64,000 bases of DNA, from positions 1 to 64,000 of the forward strand of contig JBECUI020000032.1 in the NCBI GenBank assembly GCA_040954595.2, in the 5' to 3' direction. The stretch is from Balanoglossus misakiensis. Its lineage: Eukaryota; Animalia; Hemichordata. The notes under the pieces were generated by a model. That model saw only the letters and a list, made by a program, of their open reading frames with translations. It did no database searches and was not told the origin of the DNA. The position numbers and the translations under genes were made by a program. Shown here piece after piece: positions 12,297-23,673 of this stretch (position 1 is its first letter; each line of letters starts with the position of its first letter).

Positions 12297-12712
12297 CTAC
12301 AGCACCCTTTCCCAAGGCCAGCGTATACACTGTTTGTGGGGTCCAAAAAGGCTGATATCGGCATCCCCTGAAACTACCAAGGTAGTAAGAGAAGCAGCCT
12401 CCCCAGCTCGGCAAAAGCACAGCGGAAAGTTTCCCCGGTATTCACCACATCATCACAAAGCAAACACGCTTTCCCCGAACACTCATCGGCAGAGAAGCAA
12501 GAAGTTTCGGCTGGGGGTACACAGTCCTATGCATTTCGTCCCGGAAAGCAATACTCAGACTTCCCAGAGGAATCTGGAGCCAACGAGAAGCCAAATAGGC
12601 AGGGCAGCAGCCCCCCCCTCTCTATTCCCACCACCAAATCAAAAGAACCATCGAGCCTACTTCGAATCCGGGCCATCATCTCATCCAAACTGATACTTAG
12701 AAAAGAATTCAT
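12297..12712 (-). CDS. type I phosphoribosyltransferase family protein (indels)
   Basis: VVGIERGGLLP and PRPP loop L(C)DDVVNTGET; C-terminal WPWE. Confidence 0.75.
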
Positions 12713-12786
12713 AACAAAAGAATAACCCTTAGAAAAGAAAACTGGCACATACATTACCTTGAAATAGAAAAAATGTTTCCCAGATT

Positions 12787-12862
12787 CTTGGGCGTCCGGG
12801 CGGGCTTTGCGGGGCTATCGGTCCTTTCGGACCGCCTTCGGCGCCCCTCCAATCCCTGACGC
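12787..12862. repeat. dispersed ~75-bp GC-rich structured repeat, copy 1
   Basis: Near-identical to 27629-27703. Confidence 0.9.
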
Positions 12863-13142
12863 GAGCGCCAAACTGAACGGATAGTTTGCCCCGCAGAAGC
12901 TGGGACACATGGGAAGCCAGAATCCTTAAATAATATTTTAAAACTCTTCCATCATTAAGGAAGCTCTTCAGCCTTTCTTACCTTTTACACAGAAAACTTT
13001 TAATAAGTTAAAAAACAAGCACTCCCTTAATCGTTTTTACAGTCGATTGCCCTACACGCTATTTCCGTGCACAATGCACAGAAACATAGGCTAAGATAAA
13101 CAACCAAGACAACGTTACAATTCACAAGAGGAGAAAAAATAG

Positions 13143-13643
13143 ATGGAACAGTTTATCCCCCTAAGCATGGCTGTGCTGACCATATCCGATACCCGAACCG
13201 AAGGAAACGACACTTCAGGTGGGCTTTCTAGTCAAGGCGCTTCAAGAAGCGGGTCATAAACTACACGATAAAGAGATTGTACGAGACAACGTGTATGACA
13301 TACGGGCCACCCTATCAAAATGGATTGCCTCCCCGGCAGTGCATGCTATTCTAACAACTGGCGGAACCGGCTTTTACGAGAGTGACGTAACCGTTTTTGC
13401 CGCTAGGCCCTTGTTTGATAAAACGATAGATGGATTTGGAGAGATTTCCGCAGCATTTCTTATAAGGAGATTGGCAGTTCCACCATACAATCTGCCTGTA
13501 TTGCCGGTCTAGCAAACAAAACCATTGTCATTTGTCTACCAGGCTCTCCCCATGCATGCAAGACTGCCTGGAACCAGATACTCTTGGAACAGTTTGACAG
13601 TACAAAAAGATCCTGTTCCTTTGTAAAAGTTATTCCCGTATAG
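13143..13643 (+). CDS. moaB: molybdenum cofactor biosynthesis protein B (MoaB/Mog family; indels)
   Basis: FIPLSMAVLTISDTRT..DTSG, ILTTGGTG..DVT, IDGFGE, LPGS..AC..AW. Confidence 0.85.
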
Positions 13644-13934
13644 AGTTAGTTCCAAAAACCCGCCTTTTGTAGAAGGAATAAAACATGCCCGATTCCCTCG
13701 TCCTAGCACAGGAACTTATGCTTGACCTTAGCCGACCTCTATTCCAATGTGCCGGCCGAAAATATCTTATTGCCCTTAATACTGCCCCTGGACTAGTCTT
13801 TTAGAGGGGAACGGGGCTGTCCCCATCCCTACAGGCGCCATTGTGGCCCCGTACCACAAGAAAACTGCTGGTTTTTCAATAAAGCAATACCATAACCAAA
13901 ACCTTAGCCTCCCCAACACAAAGCAGAACCTCAT

Positions 13935-14503
13935 TCACTCCCCAGCTAGCCCAACTTCAGCGGCAATGGATTGCATGGCCGTTAAGGTCTCCTCTATTAA
14001 ATCATTCAGTGGGCGTTCCACCATGGCAGCTCCCCTTTCAATAACGCTGCGGTTAGCCCCGGCAGCAAAGTTCATTACCTTCCATTTCTTCCTTACCGAA
14101 CTCAACTTAACATCCAAAAGAGACTTGGAAGGCCGGACCAAGGCAACCGCCACCAGAAACCCTGTAAGCTCATCAATAGCATAGAGAACCTTCTCCATAT
14201 AATGCACTGGCTCAACCTCCGTGCATATCTGCCAGCCATGACTCATAACAGCATGAACATAATCTTCCGGCCAATCCTGCTCCCGTAGTATTTCTCCAGT
14301 CTTATGGCAGTGTTGATCAGGAAATTTTTCCCAATCCAAATCGTGCACCAGACCGATAACCTGCCATTTTTCAACATCCGCTCCGCTTTGTTGTGCAAAA
14401 TGCCCCATCACCACGGAAACAAATCGACTATGTGCCCTCAGGTTATCCGATTGGACATAACATTCCAAAAGCTCTTGGCTTCTTTTAACCTAGGTGTTTT
14501 CAT
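13935..14503 (-). CDS. HDIG/HD-domain hydrolase
   Basis: LRAHS, GLVHDLDWE, VMSHG, AIDELTGF..AVALVRPSK, FAAGANR. Confidence 0.85.
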
Positions 14504-14911
14504 CAAGGACTCCACTTCCAGAAATTTCTTTTTAAGCCTACACCCTAGAGACTTTTCGAGTCTATGACAGAATGGAGAACGATTCCCTCAGGAGTCATAA
14601 ATCGCTTATCAGGAAGACATGGCTGCTAAGAGAAATGCCAGGTAAGCCTCTAGGGACCCGCAAATTTGTCAATGTCATCTCTAATTTTTTGCCAATTTGT
14701 TGAGTACAGATTGCTTATCCAATACCGAGATTATACCGACAGGAAGTATCCTGAGGACCAGATCATGTAGATCTAAAACACCCCATGAATAGAGGCAGAA
14801 TTTATGTCTCTATTTTCAACCTTCTTGATTTGTATCTCTATTTACAACCTTCTTGACTGGATTGCTTGAAGCATAATACTATACAGGTACAAACTCTAAA
14901 GGAAACTTCAT

Positions 14912-15786
14912 ATGCGTACACACGAAGAAAATATCAAATATCAAGCAGAAAAACATTGGCTCATCGATGGCAAAACACAAACCCAAGAGGACTATACGAC
15001 ACATTTAATGTACAAGTTTGCCTATACTCAAATAGCCAAGCAGACCGAAGGGAAAATTGTTCTAGACCTGGGATGCAATACAGGCTACGGTAGTGCAATA
15101 CTCTCTAATACAGCCAAACAAGTCGTTGCTGTCGATGTCTCGCAACAATCCATATCGTATGCACAAGAGCTTTACTATAATGAAGAGATAGATTTTCCAA
15201 CTGGTGGATGGGAAAAATCTCCCATTCGAAAATGAGAAATTCGATTTCATTACGAGTTTGCAGGTCATTGAGCACATTGTCGACTATGATGTATACCTTA
15301 GCGAGATAACCAGGGTACTTTCCTCCTCAGGAATTGCTATTCTAGCTACCCCCAATGCACGGCTCAGATTAGATCCAGGAATGAAGCCATGGAATCCATT
15401 CCATGTTCATGAATTTACCCATTCCGAGCTTTACTCTCTGTTAACTACCTATTTCCCGGAGGTCCAGGTTATTGGATGTTTCGCAAAAGAGCCACTCTAC
15501 TCAATTGAAAAAACCGACTTGAGCAAACACGTATAGCTGCGAGGAAGCAGTCCTTAATTCGATCACTAGCAAAAAATTCTTACCAGAACCCGTTCTAGGT
15601 AAACTAAGAAAGAATTTTATAAGAAATAGACATCACATAACCACCAAGAATTTTATTGAAAAATATGGAATCAACGACATGTTCTATTGCACTACGGATC
15701 TAGACAAAGCCATAGATTTAGTTGCTGTCTGTACCAACGATGCCAGTTTACTGAAGCATACCGTCCAAGCCCTAGTCAAAAAGTAG
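14912..15786 (+). CDS. class I SAM-dependent methyltransferase (indels)
   Basis: VLDLGCNTGYG, VDVS, LPF..FD..SLQVIEH, ATPN, NPFHVHEF. Confidence 0.85.
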
Positions 15787-15893
15787 TTCCAAAACAGTAC
15801 AAGAAAAGACTCCCTACTCTCAAAGCAAGGGCATTTTCAGTATAGAATCTGTGGAGAATTCTATAGTTCCACAACAAACGAGAGTAAGCATGT

Positions 15894-16575
15894 ATGACTG
15901 AAGCAAGCCTTTTTATTGTAGCGTTGACATGGGGAACAGGGTTTTGTTTTACCCGCATCGCTCTGGATACAGGACTTCCTCCGATGTTTATCACAACCAT
16001 ACGTCTTGCTCTTGCTACCTTTGTCTCCTACATTGTCCAATATAAAAAATTGCTAACCTTAAGCATGCTCTATGCACAAGCATAGTATTAGGGTTCTTTC
16101 TTCGCATCGAATTTATGCTACAAACAATTGGGCTACAATTCACCACAATATCAAAAAACGCATTCCTCACTTCTTCTAACGTCGTTATGACACCCTTTAT
16201 TCACTGTTTACTCAGCAAACGCTCCTTAAAACCGTCAATCATTGTATCGGTATTGCTGACCATAACTGGCATAGGTTTCCTAACAATAGAGGGGTGGATG
16301 CACTGAACAAAGGGGATCTGCCAACACTATTATGTGCCCTTCTAGTTGCATTTCATATCTACTTCGTTGGATTGTATGTCCAAGAACATAAAGTCGACCT
16401 TAATAAAATCGTTTTTCTACAATTTCTATTTGCTACACTATTTTCTCTTGTTGGCAATCTCTTTAAGCCCCCTAAGTTCCCGATACAATCGCAAGGGCTC
16501 GGCACAATTATTTACTTGGCAATCTTCAGCACTTCAATAGCCTTCTAGATACAGAACAAAGCACAAACTCAACAA
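15894..16575 (+). pseudogene. EamA/DMT family transporter, apparently 3'-truncated
   Basis: WGTGF, LQTIGLQFTT..KNAFLT, GDL.TLLCA, IIYLAIFST.IAF; similarity stops after IQNKAQ. Confidence 0.7.
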
Positions 16576-16665
16576 GAGCCCATTAGGAAAAATAGGGAGA
16601 CTGGGAGCTTAGGCAAAGGGGAAACGATTAGTCCTTTTAAAACTACATTAGGGAAGTTGAAGGGA

Positions 16666-16704
16666 GCTTTCCGGGGTTTGGGTTTATATAAAACCCCGGA
16701 AAGC
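16666..16704. terminator. 14-bp perfect hairpin between convergent genes
   Basis: GCTTTCCGGGGTTT-N11-AAACCCCGGAAAGC. Confidence 0.6.
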
Positions 16705-16796
16705 CTAGCTTAGGAACCGAACACATAAAAGAAGATTTTTCTTATCGTTTTTACAACTCCTATCTCCCCCAATACGGCTTATAGAACAAGACGCTG

Positions 16797-19700
16797 TTAG
16801 AAAGTCCTCACAGTAGTCCATTGAGCACCACCCCACCACTCATTAGCAGCAGGATAGTTCTCTGAACTAGAAGGTATTTCCAGTACGGGGTTATCAGCGA
16901 TCTCGAAGAAAGTCACTCCTGATCCTAGCAGGGCCGGAGCTGAGGTAGCTTCTATCCGCACCAAGCTTAGCATGGAAGCGCCATGAAAAGCGTTATCGCC
17001 TATGCCCTCGATGGACTCAGGAAGTGTAATTGACGTTAGAGTAACCACATCCTTGAAAGCACTAGAACCAATGGTCTTAAGAGTTTCAGGGAATGTGACT
17101 GATGTTAGTCGAGTATTAAGGAAAAGAATGGGCGCAATAGTCTCCAAGTAGCGTGGGAGAACAACACTGCTTAAAGCGGTATTTCCAAAGGCTCCTCCCC
17201 TATTGTCGTAATAGAGTCCGGAAGGCTAATTTGCGTTAGAGCAGTACATCCGGAAAAGGCTCGTTCCCCAATGTTCGTAATAGAGTCCGGAAGGGTAACT
17301 GCTGTTAAGCTTTGAAAAACTTCGAATCTCCTATCTGGAATAGCTGTTACTATTCTTTCTTCATTGCTGCTGCCGACGAGAGTTACAACCTTAGGAATTG
17401 TTAAAGCCCCGCAAATAAAGATCAGCTGCACCTACTATGTAGGCCCTAGTACCATAGTCAATGCTAAGCAATACTTTCAGAGTAATGGGCAGATCCACAC
17501 TTCCGGTATAATTCCGCTGCCGCTTACTGTAATGGTGAAAGCATTATTACCTGTGCTTGTACTAGCTGTAGGCGTGCCTAGTATTTTACCGCTTATAACA
17601 TTTCCAGCACCATCTTTCTCAAAACCTAAGCCTGTCGGTAAGTCCGGAGTAACGCTATAGCTAAGCTCCGCATCTTGAGGATATCTCCCGTCGAGAAAGG
17701 CAGTTCAAGAGCTGTGTCAATAAGATAGGCCTCGTCAACGACATAGCCCATGGAGGCACTGCTAATGTCAATCTTGGTTATCACTAGGGTAAGGTCTGAC
17801 GTTATTGTTCCCGTATAACTACCTGTACCCGCAGCCGTAACTGTATAGGTATAAGAACCAGCTGACACAGCAGCATTGCCTTCCAGAGTCAAAACGCCAG
17901 TGTCTTGGGCAAAGGTTATGCCAGCCTCAGGGGCAGGGCAATGCTGTAACTGACGGTCTGGCTGGCATCGCTCTGATCTTGCCATACGGGGCTGGTCATG
18001 GATGCTGTGGAGGAACCGTATTCGGCACTGATCTCACTGTAAGAGAAGGTTCCGGTAATCATCGCAGAGGTAACGGTAATGCTTAAACTCGCCGTTATTG
18101 ATCCCGCATAACTACCTGTACCCGCGGCCGTAACGGTATAGGTATAAGACCAGCTGACACAGCAGCATTGCCTTCCAGAGTCAAAACGCCAGTGTCTTGG
18201 GCAAAGGTTATGCCAGCCTCAGGGGCAGGGGCAATGCTGTAACTGACGGTCTGGCTGGCATCGCTCTGATCTTGCCATACGGGGCTGGTCATGGATGCTG
18301 TGGAGGAACCGTATTCGGCACTGATCTCACTGTAAGAGAATGTTCCGGTAATCATCGCAGAGGTAACGGTAATGCTTAAACTCGCCGTATTGATCCCCGC
18401 ATAACTACCTTGTACCCGCAGCCGTAACTGTATAGGTATAAGAAACCAGCTGACACAGCAGCATTGCCTTCCAGAGTCAAAACGCCAGTGTCTTGGGCAA
18501 AGGTTATGCCAGCCTCAGGGGCAGGGGCAATGCTGTAACTGACGGTCTGGCTGGCATCGCTCTGATCTTGCCATACGGGGCTGGTCATGGATGCTGTGGA
18601 GGAACCGTATTCGGCACTGATCTCACTGTAAGAGAATGTTCCGGTAATCATCGCAGAGGTAACGGTAATCCTTAAACTCGCCGTTATTGATCCCGCATAA
18701 CTACCTGTACCCGCGGCCGTAACTGTATAGGTATAAGAACCAGCTGACACAGCAGCATTGCCTTCCAGAGTCAAAACGCCAGTGTCTTGGGCAAAGGTTA
18801 TGCCAGCCTCAGGGGCAGGGGCAATGCTGTAACTGACGGTCTGGCTGGCATCGCTCTGATCTTGCCATACAGGGCTGGTCATGGATGCTGTGGAGGAACC
18901 GTATTCGGCACTGATCTCACTGTAAGAGAATGTTCCGGTAATCATCGCAGAGGTAACGGTAATGCTTTAAACTCGCCGTTATTGATCCCGCATAACTACC
19001 TGTACCCGCGGCCGTAACGGTATAGATATAATTGTCAACGGCCACGCTGTCCTCAAGAGTTATCCTACCACTCGCCACGTCCAAAGTCATACCCGCCGAC
19101 AAATCAGGACTGATGCTGTAGCTAAGGGTCTGATTCACATCAGTCTGCCCTGTCCATTCAGGATCGACACTGGCAGTTGTACCCCTTGCGATAGTGAGAC
19201 TCTGATAAGAGAATGTTCCGGTAATCATCGCAGAGGTAACGGTAATGCTTAAACTCGCCGTTATTGATCCCGTATAACTACCTGTACCCGCGGCCGTAAC
19301 GGTATAGGTATAAGAACCAGCTGACACAGCAGCATTGCCTTCCAGAGTCAAAACGCCAGTGTCTTGGGCAAAGGTTATACCAGCCTCAAGGGCAGGGTCA
19401 ATGCTGTAACTGACGTCTGGCTGGCATCGCTCTGATCTTGCCATACGGGGCTGGTCATGGATGCTGTGGAGGAACCGTATTCGGCACTGATCTCACTGTA
19501 AGAGAATGTTCCGGTAATCATCGCAGAGGTAACGGTAATGCTTAAACTCGCCGTTATTGATCCCGTATAACTACCTGTACCCGCGGCCGTAACGGTATAG
19601 TTATAAGAACCAGCTGACACAGCAGCATTGCCTTCCAGAGTCAAACGCCAGTGTCTTGGGCAAAGGTTATGCCAGCCTCAGGGGCAGGGTCAATGCTGTA

Positions 19701-20516
19701 ACTGACGGTCTGGCTGGCATCGCTCTGATCTTGCCATACGGGGCTGGTCATGGATGCTGTGGAGGAACCGTATTCGGCACTGATCTCACTGTAAGAGAAT
19801 GTTCCGGTAATCTCCGAAGGAAGAGCAGAGGTAACGGTAATGCTTAAACTCGCCGTTATTGATTCCCGTATAACTACCTGTACCCCGGCCGTAACGGTAT
19901 AGGAATAATTGTCAACGGCCACGCTGTCCTCAAGAGTTATCCTACCACTCGCCACGTCCAAAGACATACCCGCCGACAAATCAGGACTGATGCTGTAGCT
20001 AAGGGTCTGATTCACATCATCCTGCCCTGTCCATTCAGGATCGACACTGGCAGTTGTACCCCTTTCGATAGTGAGACTCTGATAAGAGAATGTTCCGGTA
20101 ATCTCCGAAGTAACGGTAATGCTTAAACTCGCCGTTATTGTTCCCGTATAACTACCTGTACCCTCGGCCGTAATGGTATAAGAATAATCACCGGCAGGCA
20201 CCGTGGTACCGATGCTTAGAATGCCCGTCTCTTGGTAAAAGACCATACCCTCCACCGGCTCTGGGCTAATAGAGTAAATATAGGACTGATTCTCAATCAA
20301 CCCCTCCCATTGCGGTGCTACGCTTCCACCGATTTTCCCATCAATTTCGATCTTCTGACCATCCTGACCATAGGTCAAAGTCCCGGTGATGTTGGTTTTC
20401 ACTCCCGTATCGCAGGAAAAAATGGCTAACACGAAAATTCCTAAAACAACAAAACCTCGAAAAAAAGACGAATAATAGAAATTTCGCTCTCCCAACATTG
20501 CAATTCGCTTATTCAT
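16797..20516 (-). CDS. giant surface lipoprotein: tandem Ig-like repeats plus C-terminal BspA-type LRR (indels)
   Basis: Lipobox LAIFSC; RBS AGGAGG; repeats ending YTVTAAGTGSY.GSITASLSITVT; LRR units VTLPDSITNIGERAFSGC, ITLPESIEGIGDNAF. Confidence 0.85.
17790..20110 (-). repeat. intragenic tandem array of ~285-295-bp units of two types, order B-A-A-B-A-A-A-A
   Basis: TTCCGGTAATC recurs at about 18050, 18340, 18640, 18930, 19215, 19510, 19800 and 20095; A begins YSEISAEYGSS, B begins YQSLTI(E/A)RG. Confidence 0.92.
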
Positions 20517-20699
20517 ATTCTGCTTCCTCCTTGTCCTGATAGAATCGTTTAGTCAAGACAGAAAATTAAATTGTAGGTTGTAAACAAAGAGGAAAACATC
20601 ATTCCTCTATGCGCAAGGAAAACCTTAGATTTATACAATAACTAAGTTTTATTATATACCTTCATTCACAAAAAACACATATTTCACGTTTTTTTGTGA

Positions 20700-21790
20700 T
20701 AATATGTAATATTTTCTGTGAATCACCTCCTCAGAGGCTGCTCAGACTCATGGAATGAATACTTCTTTTTCAGAAATCCACGGTTCTTCCGTTCAATACC
20801 CCCCCCCCGACCAGCCAGAGCAATGCCTCCGTATTAGGGAATACTCCAACTACTATCATACGTCGTTTTATTCCTTTCATCTGGCGCTCTCCCAGATCTG
20901 TTGTTCGCAGTTTTGTCCAGTGAGTCTCCGAAACATGAAAACATTTAACCCTTCTACAAGATTTTTCTGAGACCATTCTGAAAGTCAGGACCGACTTACC
21001 TGGTACTTCTCAAGTAGTTGCTGTAAAAACCGTTCAGCATTTTCTACCTCCAAAGCATTAAACACCCAGCAGATATCCGAAGGCACTTCCGCTATGTCTT
21101 CCTTTGGGGGGGGGGGGGAGAGATGTAAGGGCATTCTACTATAAAAGGAAAGCGCTAGCACAGGATTCCCGGAAATACTGCAGGAGTAGCATCTCCTAGG
21201 CCTCTGTAGTCGTCAGAACTGATCATTTTCAAACCGGCCTTGCTTAATCAGACATTGCCGAAGCTGCCAGTTGAACGCAGCCTTATGTTAAGCAATCTCC
21301 GCATCCAGAATAGGCATAGTGCCCTCATAATCAACGTCAAAGACCACTGGCTGCTTTGGCCACCTGATAATACGTTCCATAGGCTGCATCGAGAATCAGA
21401 TATTGACTCTGGCCGACATCTTCAAAACTTCCAGGATGCAAGCTCGTCATTCAGTTCCTTATGAGACCCGGCTGACTTGAATCGTTGAACCACAGAATTT
21501 CGACAATGTTAGAAACCTTGCGTGTACTCAGGCCCCTTCACCTACATCTCGGCTATGGCGAACGTCAAGGTCTGTTCACCGCGAACGCCCTTCTCGATAC
21601 TAGGAATGTCAAACTCAAGACCGCCTCATACCTGGGAATTCTCAGAAGAACCTTCCCCTTATGCCAACAGGACCGTCATACACTTACACCCCTTGGCATA
21701 AGCGGTACATGAGCCTTATCGGCCGCCTTTTGCACTTCAAATTTACAAAAAGATCTCAGGAAGAGGCTGCATGAATCCTCAGTGAAGACA
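20700..21790 (-). mobile_element. degenerate IS256-family transposase remnant (limits approximate)
   Basis: HWTKLRTT...GIKRRMIVVGVFPNTEALLWLVG matches the IS256/Mutator C-terminus; many stops. Confidence 0.7.
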
Positions 21791-21848
21791 AAAACCCTAC
21801 CCAAAAATCATAACGCCCCCCTACTCTTTCAGAAAAGCCAACAGATTG

Positions 21849-21877
21849 TTGACAAAGATCACTATTCTCCCTAACCT
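21849..21877 (+). promoter_or_regulatory. sigma70-type promoter
   Basis: TTGACA-N17-TAACCT, 60 nt upstream of the ATG at 21938. Confidence 0.6.
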
Positions 21878-21937
21878 TTGCCTTACCTAGATGGTTCCGA
21901 AAAACCACTACTGTACTCTTAAGGGAAGTCTCTTAAA

Positions 21938-23443
21938 ATGCGGCAAGACTATTACCAACCCATACCTTGTGGAAAAACTATCCCTTTAGACAATCTCCAT
22001 GCCTTCTCCGTCAGCATGCCCACGGTACAGAGTGTGATCGACTATGAAGAGGAAAGCGAAAAAAGTAAAAAATTAATCACCTCGGCTTATCCGAGAATTG
22101 TTTTTCACCCTTACATACACCTAATCACAGAATTAGCCAAATCAGACCTCAATCTGAAGGGGAAAAAACTCTTTCTCCTCCCCAACAAAGACATTGCCCA
22201 AAGAGTGGCTTCCCTATCTCAAACTTTACCTGAATATAGAGAATATGAAGGTTACACCATAAGCTTCTTTCCAGAAGAGAACAAAGAGGAGATCTACTGG
22301 TATTACTCTCTTATGAAGCATTGCGGTTATATGATCTATTCCAGAGAGGCGGAAGTTTTTCTACTGTCCCGAGGGGTAGATATTCCATTGTTTAAGGAAG
22401 AGTATAACAAGTCAGATTCAGATAAAATCATAAAAAACGTACTAGAAGAAGGTTACGGCCAGGGAGAAATTCTCATAACAAACTGCGGTATGAGTGCCAT
22501 TTATGCCGGTTTTGAGGCCATTCAATCAGCCGCCAAAAAGAAGAAACGCGATATTGTCATACAATATGGATGGGCCTATGTGGACACCCTCCAGTTATTC
22601 AGACAACACGCGAAGAAACTAAAAGTCATTAACCAAGTAGCCGAAGTTGACGAACTCAAAAACTTTCTGAAGCAAAAGGGAAAAGAAGTCTCCTTCCTTT
22701 ATACAGAAACAATATCCAATCCCTTAATAAGCGTTCCCGACATTAAAGAAGTTTACAAGCTGGCCAGGCAGTATGGGTTTCCTGTCCTTATCGACAACAC
22801 CTTCGCGACACCCTGGACCGTAGAGATAAGCCCCTACTGCGACTTGATCCTTGAAAGTTTAACAAAATTCGCCTCTGGCAGCGGCGATGTCATGGCTGGG
22901 GCTATAATCCGGCCAAGGAACTCACAGCTGGAACCTAACCTAATAAAAGAGATGGAAAAATTTACCCTACCCTTGTATTACAGAGACAAAGACAGACTTG
23001 CACTAACCATACAAGACTACCGTTCACGGATGGAAACAATAGAGGCTAACACAAAGGTTGTTCTGGAATACCTGAGTCGGCAAAAGGCCGTGGAAAAGCT
23101 TTATACAGTGCAGAGTGAACCCTTTAGAGAAAACTGGCAAAAAATTGCCAGAAATAAAAATTCTTACGGCGGTGTCTTTTCAGTGGTGTTCCTGGGGGAA
23201 CTGAACACCGTTTACGATAGCCTGCAACTTCCCAAAGGGCCAAGTCTTGGAACCAACTTCCCCCTTGTTATGCCCTATGTCTACCTGGCCCACTACCTGG
23301 AGATAAAAAACAACCTGTCGTTTTTAAACTCCATAGGACTTTCTCCCAAACTTCTACGATTCTCCATAGGAATCGACGATCCAAACCTCACCATAAAAGC
23401 CATTGATAAGGCTCTAGCCTCCCCGAAAACTTCTAAAAAATAA
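21938..23443 (+). CDS. PLP-dependent Cys/Met metabolism enzyme (cystathionine gamma-synthase-like, long form)
   Basis: CGMSAI, YTETISNP, IDNTFATP, ESLTKFASGSGDVMAG (PLP lysine), KGPSLGTNF, LLRFSIG. Confidence 0.88.
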   Translation: MRQDYYQPIPCGKTIPLDNLHAFSVSMPTVQSVIDYEEESEKSKKLITSAYPRIVFHPYIHLITELAKSDLNLKGKKLFLLPNKDIAQRVASLSQTLPEYREYEGYTISFFPEENKEEIYWYYSLMKHCGYMIYSREAEVFLLSRGVDIPLFKEEYNKSDSDKIIKNVLEEGYGQGEILITNCGMSAIYAGFEAIQSAAKKKKRDIVIQYGWAYVDTLQLFRQHAKKLKVINQVAEVDELKNFLKQKGKEVSFLYTETISNPLISVPDIKEVYKLARQYGFPVLIDNTFATPWTVEISPYCDLILESLTKFASGSGDVMAGAIIRPRNSQLEPNLIKEMEKFTLPLYYRDKDRLALTIQDYRSRMETIEANTKVVLEYLSRQKAVEKLYTVQSEPFRENWQKIARNKNSYGGVFSVVFLGELNTVYDSLQLPKGPSLGTNFPLVMPYVYLAHYLEIKNNLSFLNSIGLSPKLLRFSIGIDDPNLTIKAIDKALASPKTSKK

Positions 23444-23530
23444 GCCCACCTTCCTCCGGCCAGACCAGGGGAATACGGCCAGGCTACAAGCATACAGAAA
23501 GACTGTCTTTTATAAGATCAAAGAACTCTC

Positions 23531-23559
23531 TTGACACTTCGCAATTTCTTTATTAGATT
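23531..23559 (+). promoter_or_regulatory. sigma70-type promoter of leader-cysK-cysE
   Basis: TTGACA-N17-TAGATT. Confidence 0.7.
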
Positions 23560-23598
23560 TAAGCCACTTCATTTTTACTAGTATCTAAGGAGGAAATT

Positions 23599-23673
23599 AT
23601 GAATACTCAGCAAAAATTTGTCCTGTATTCTCCATCATCCTGTCTTAGGTATTCCTGTCGCAGCGTTTCTTAA
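23599..23673 (+). CDS. putative 24-aa Ser/Cys-rich leader peptide
   Basis: Consensus RBS TAAGGAGG-N5-ATG; MNTQQKFVLYSPSSCLRYSCRSVS*. Confidence 0.6.
   Translation: MNTQQKFVLYSPSSCLRYSCRSVS

Noticed and set aside
11980-12693. 237-aa plus-strand ORF, and similar long antisense ORFs such as 30049-30741
   Set aside because: Shadow frames opposite well-supported genes, with no motifs
12900-13142. Moco riboswitch upstream of moaB
   Set aside because: Only one small hairpin (TTTCCGTGCA-CAA-TGCACAGAAA); the Moco RNA consensus was not recognised
17790-20110. Long repeats as a CRISPR array, DGR template/variable pair or shufflon
   Set aside because: Units are ~290-bp in-frame coding repeats with no spacers and no adenine-specific differences; no cas, reverse transcriptase or recombinase gene is nearby
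21105-21120. Poly-G tract as a phase-variation switch
   Set aside because: It lies inside a dead IS remnant and homopolymer length is unreliable here
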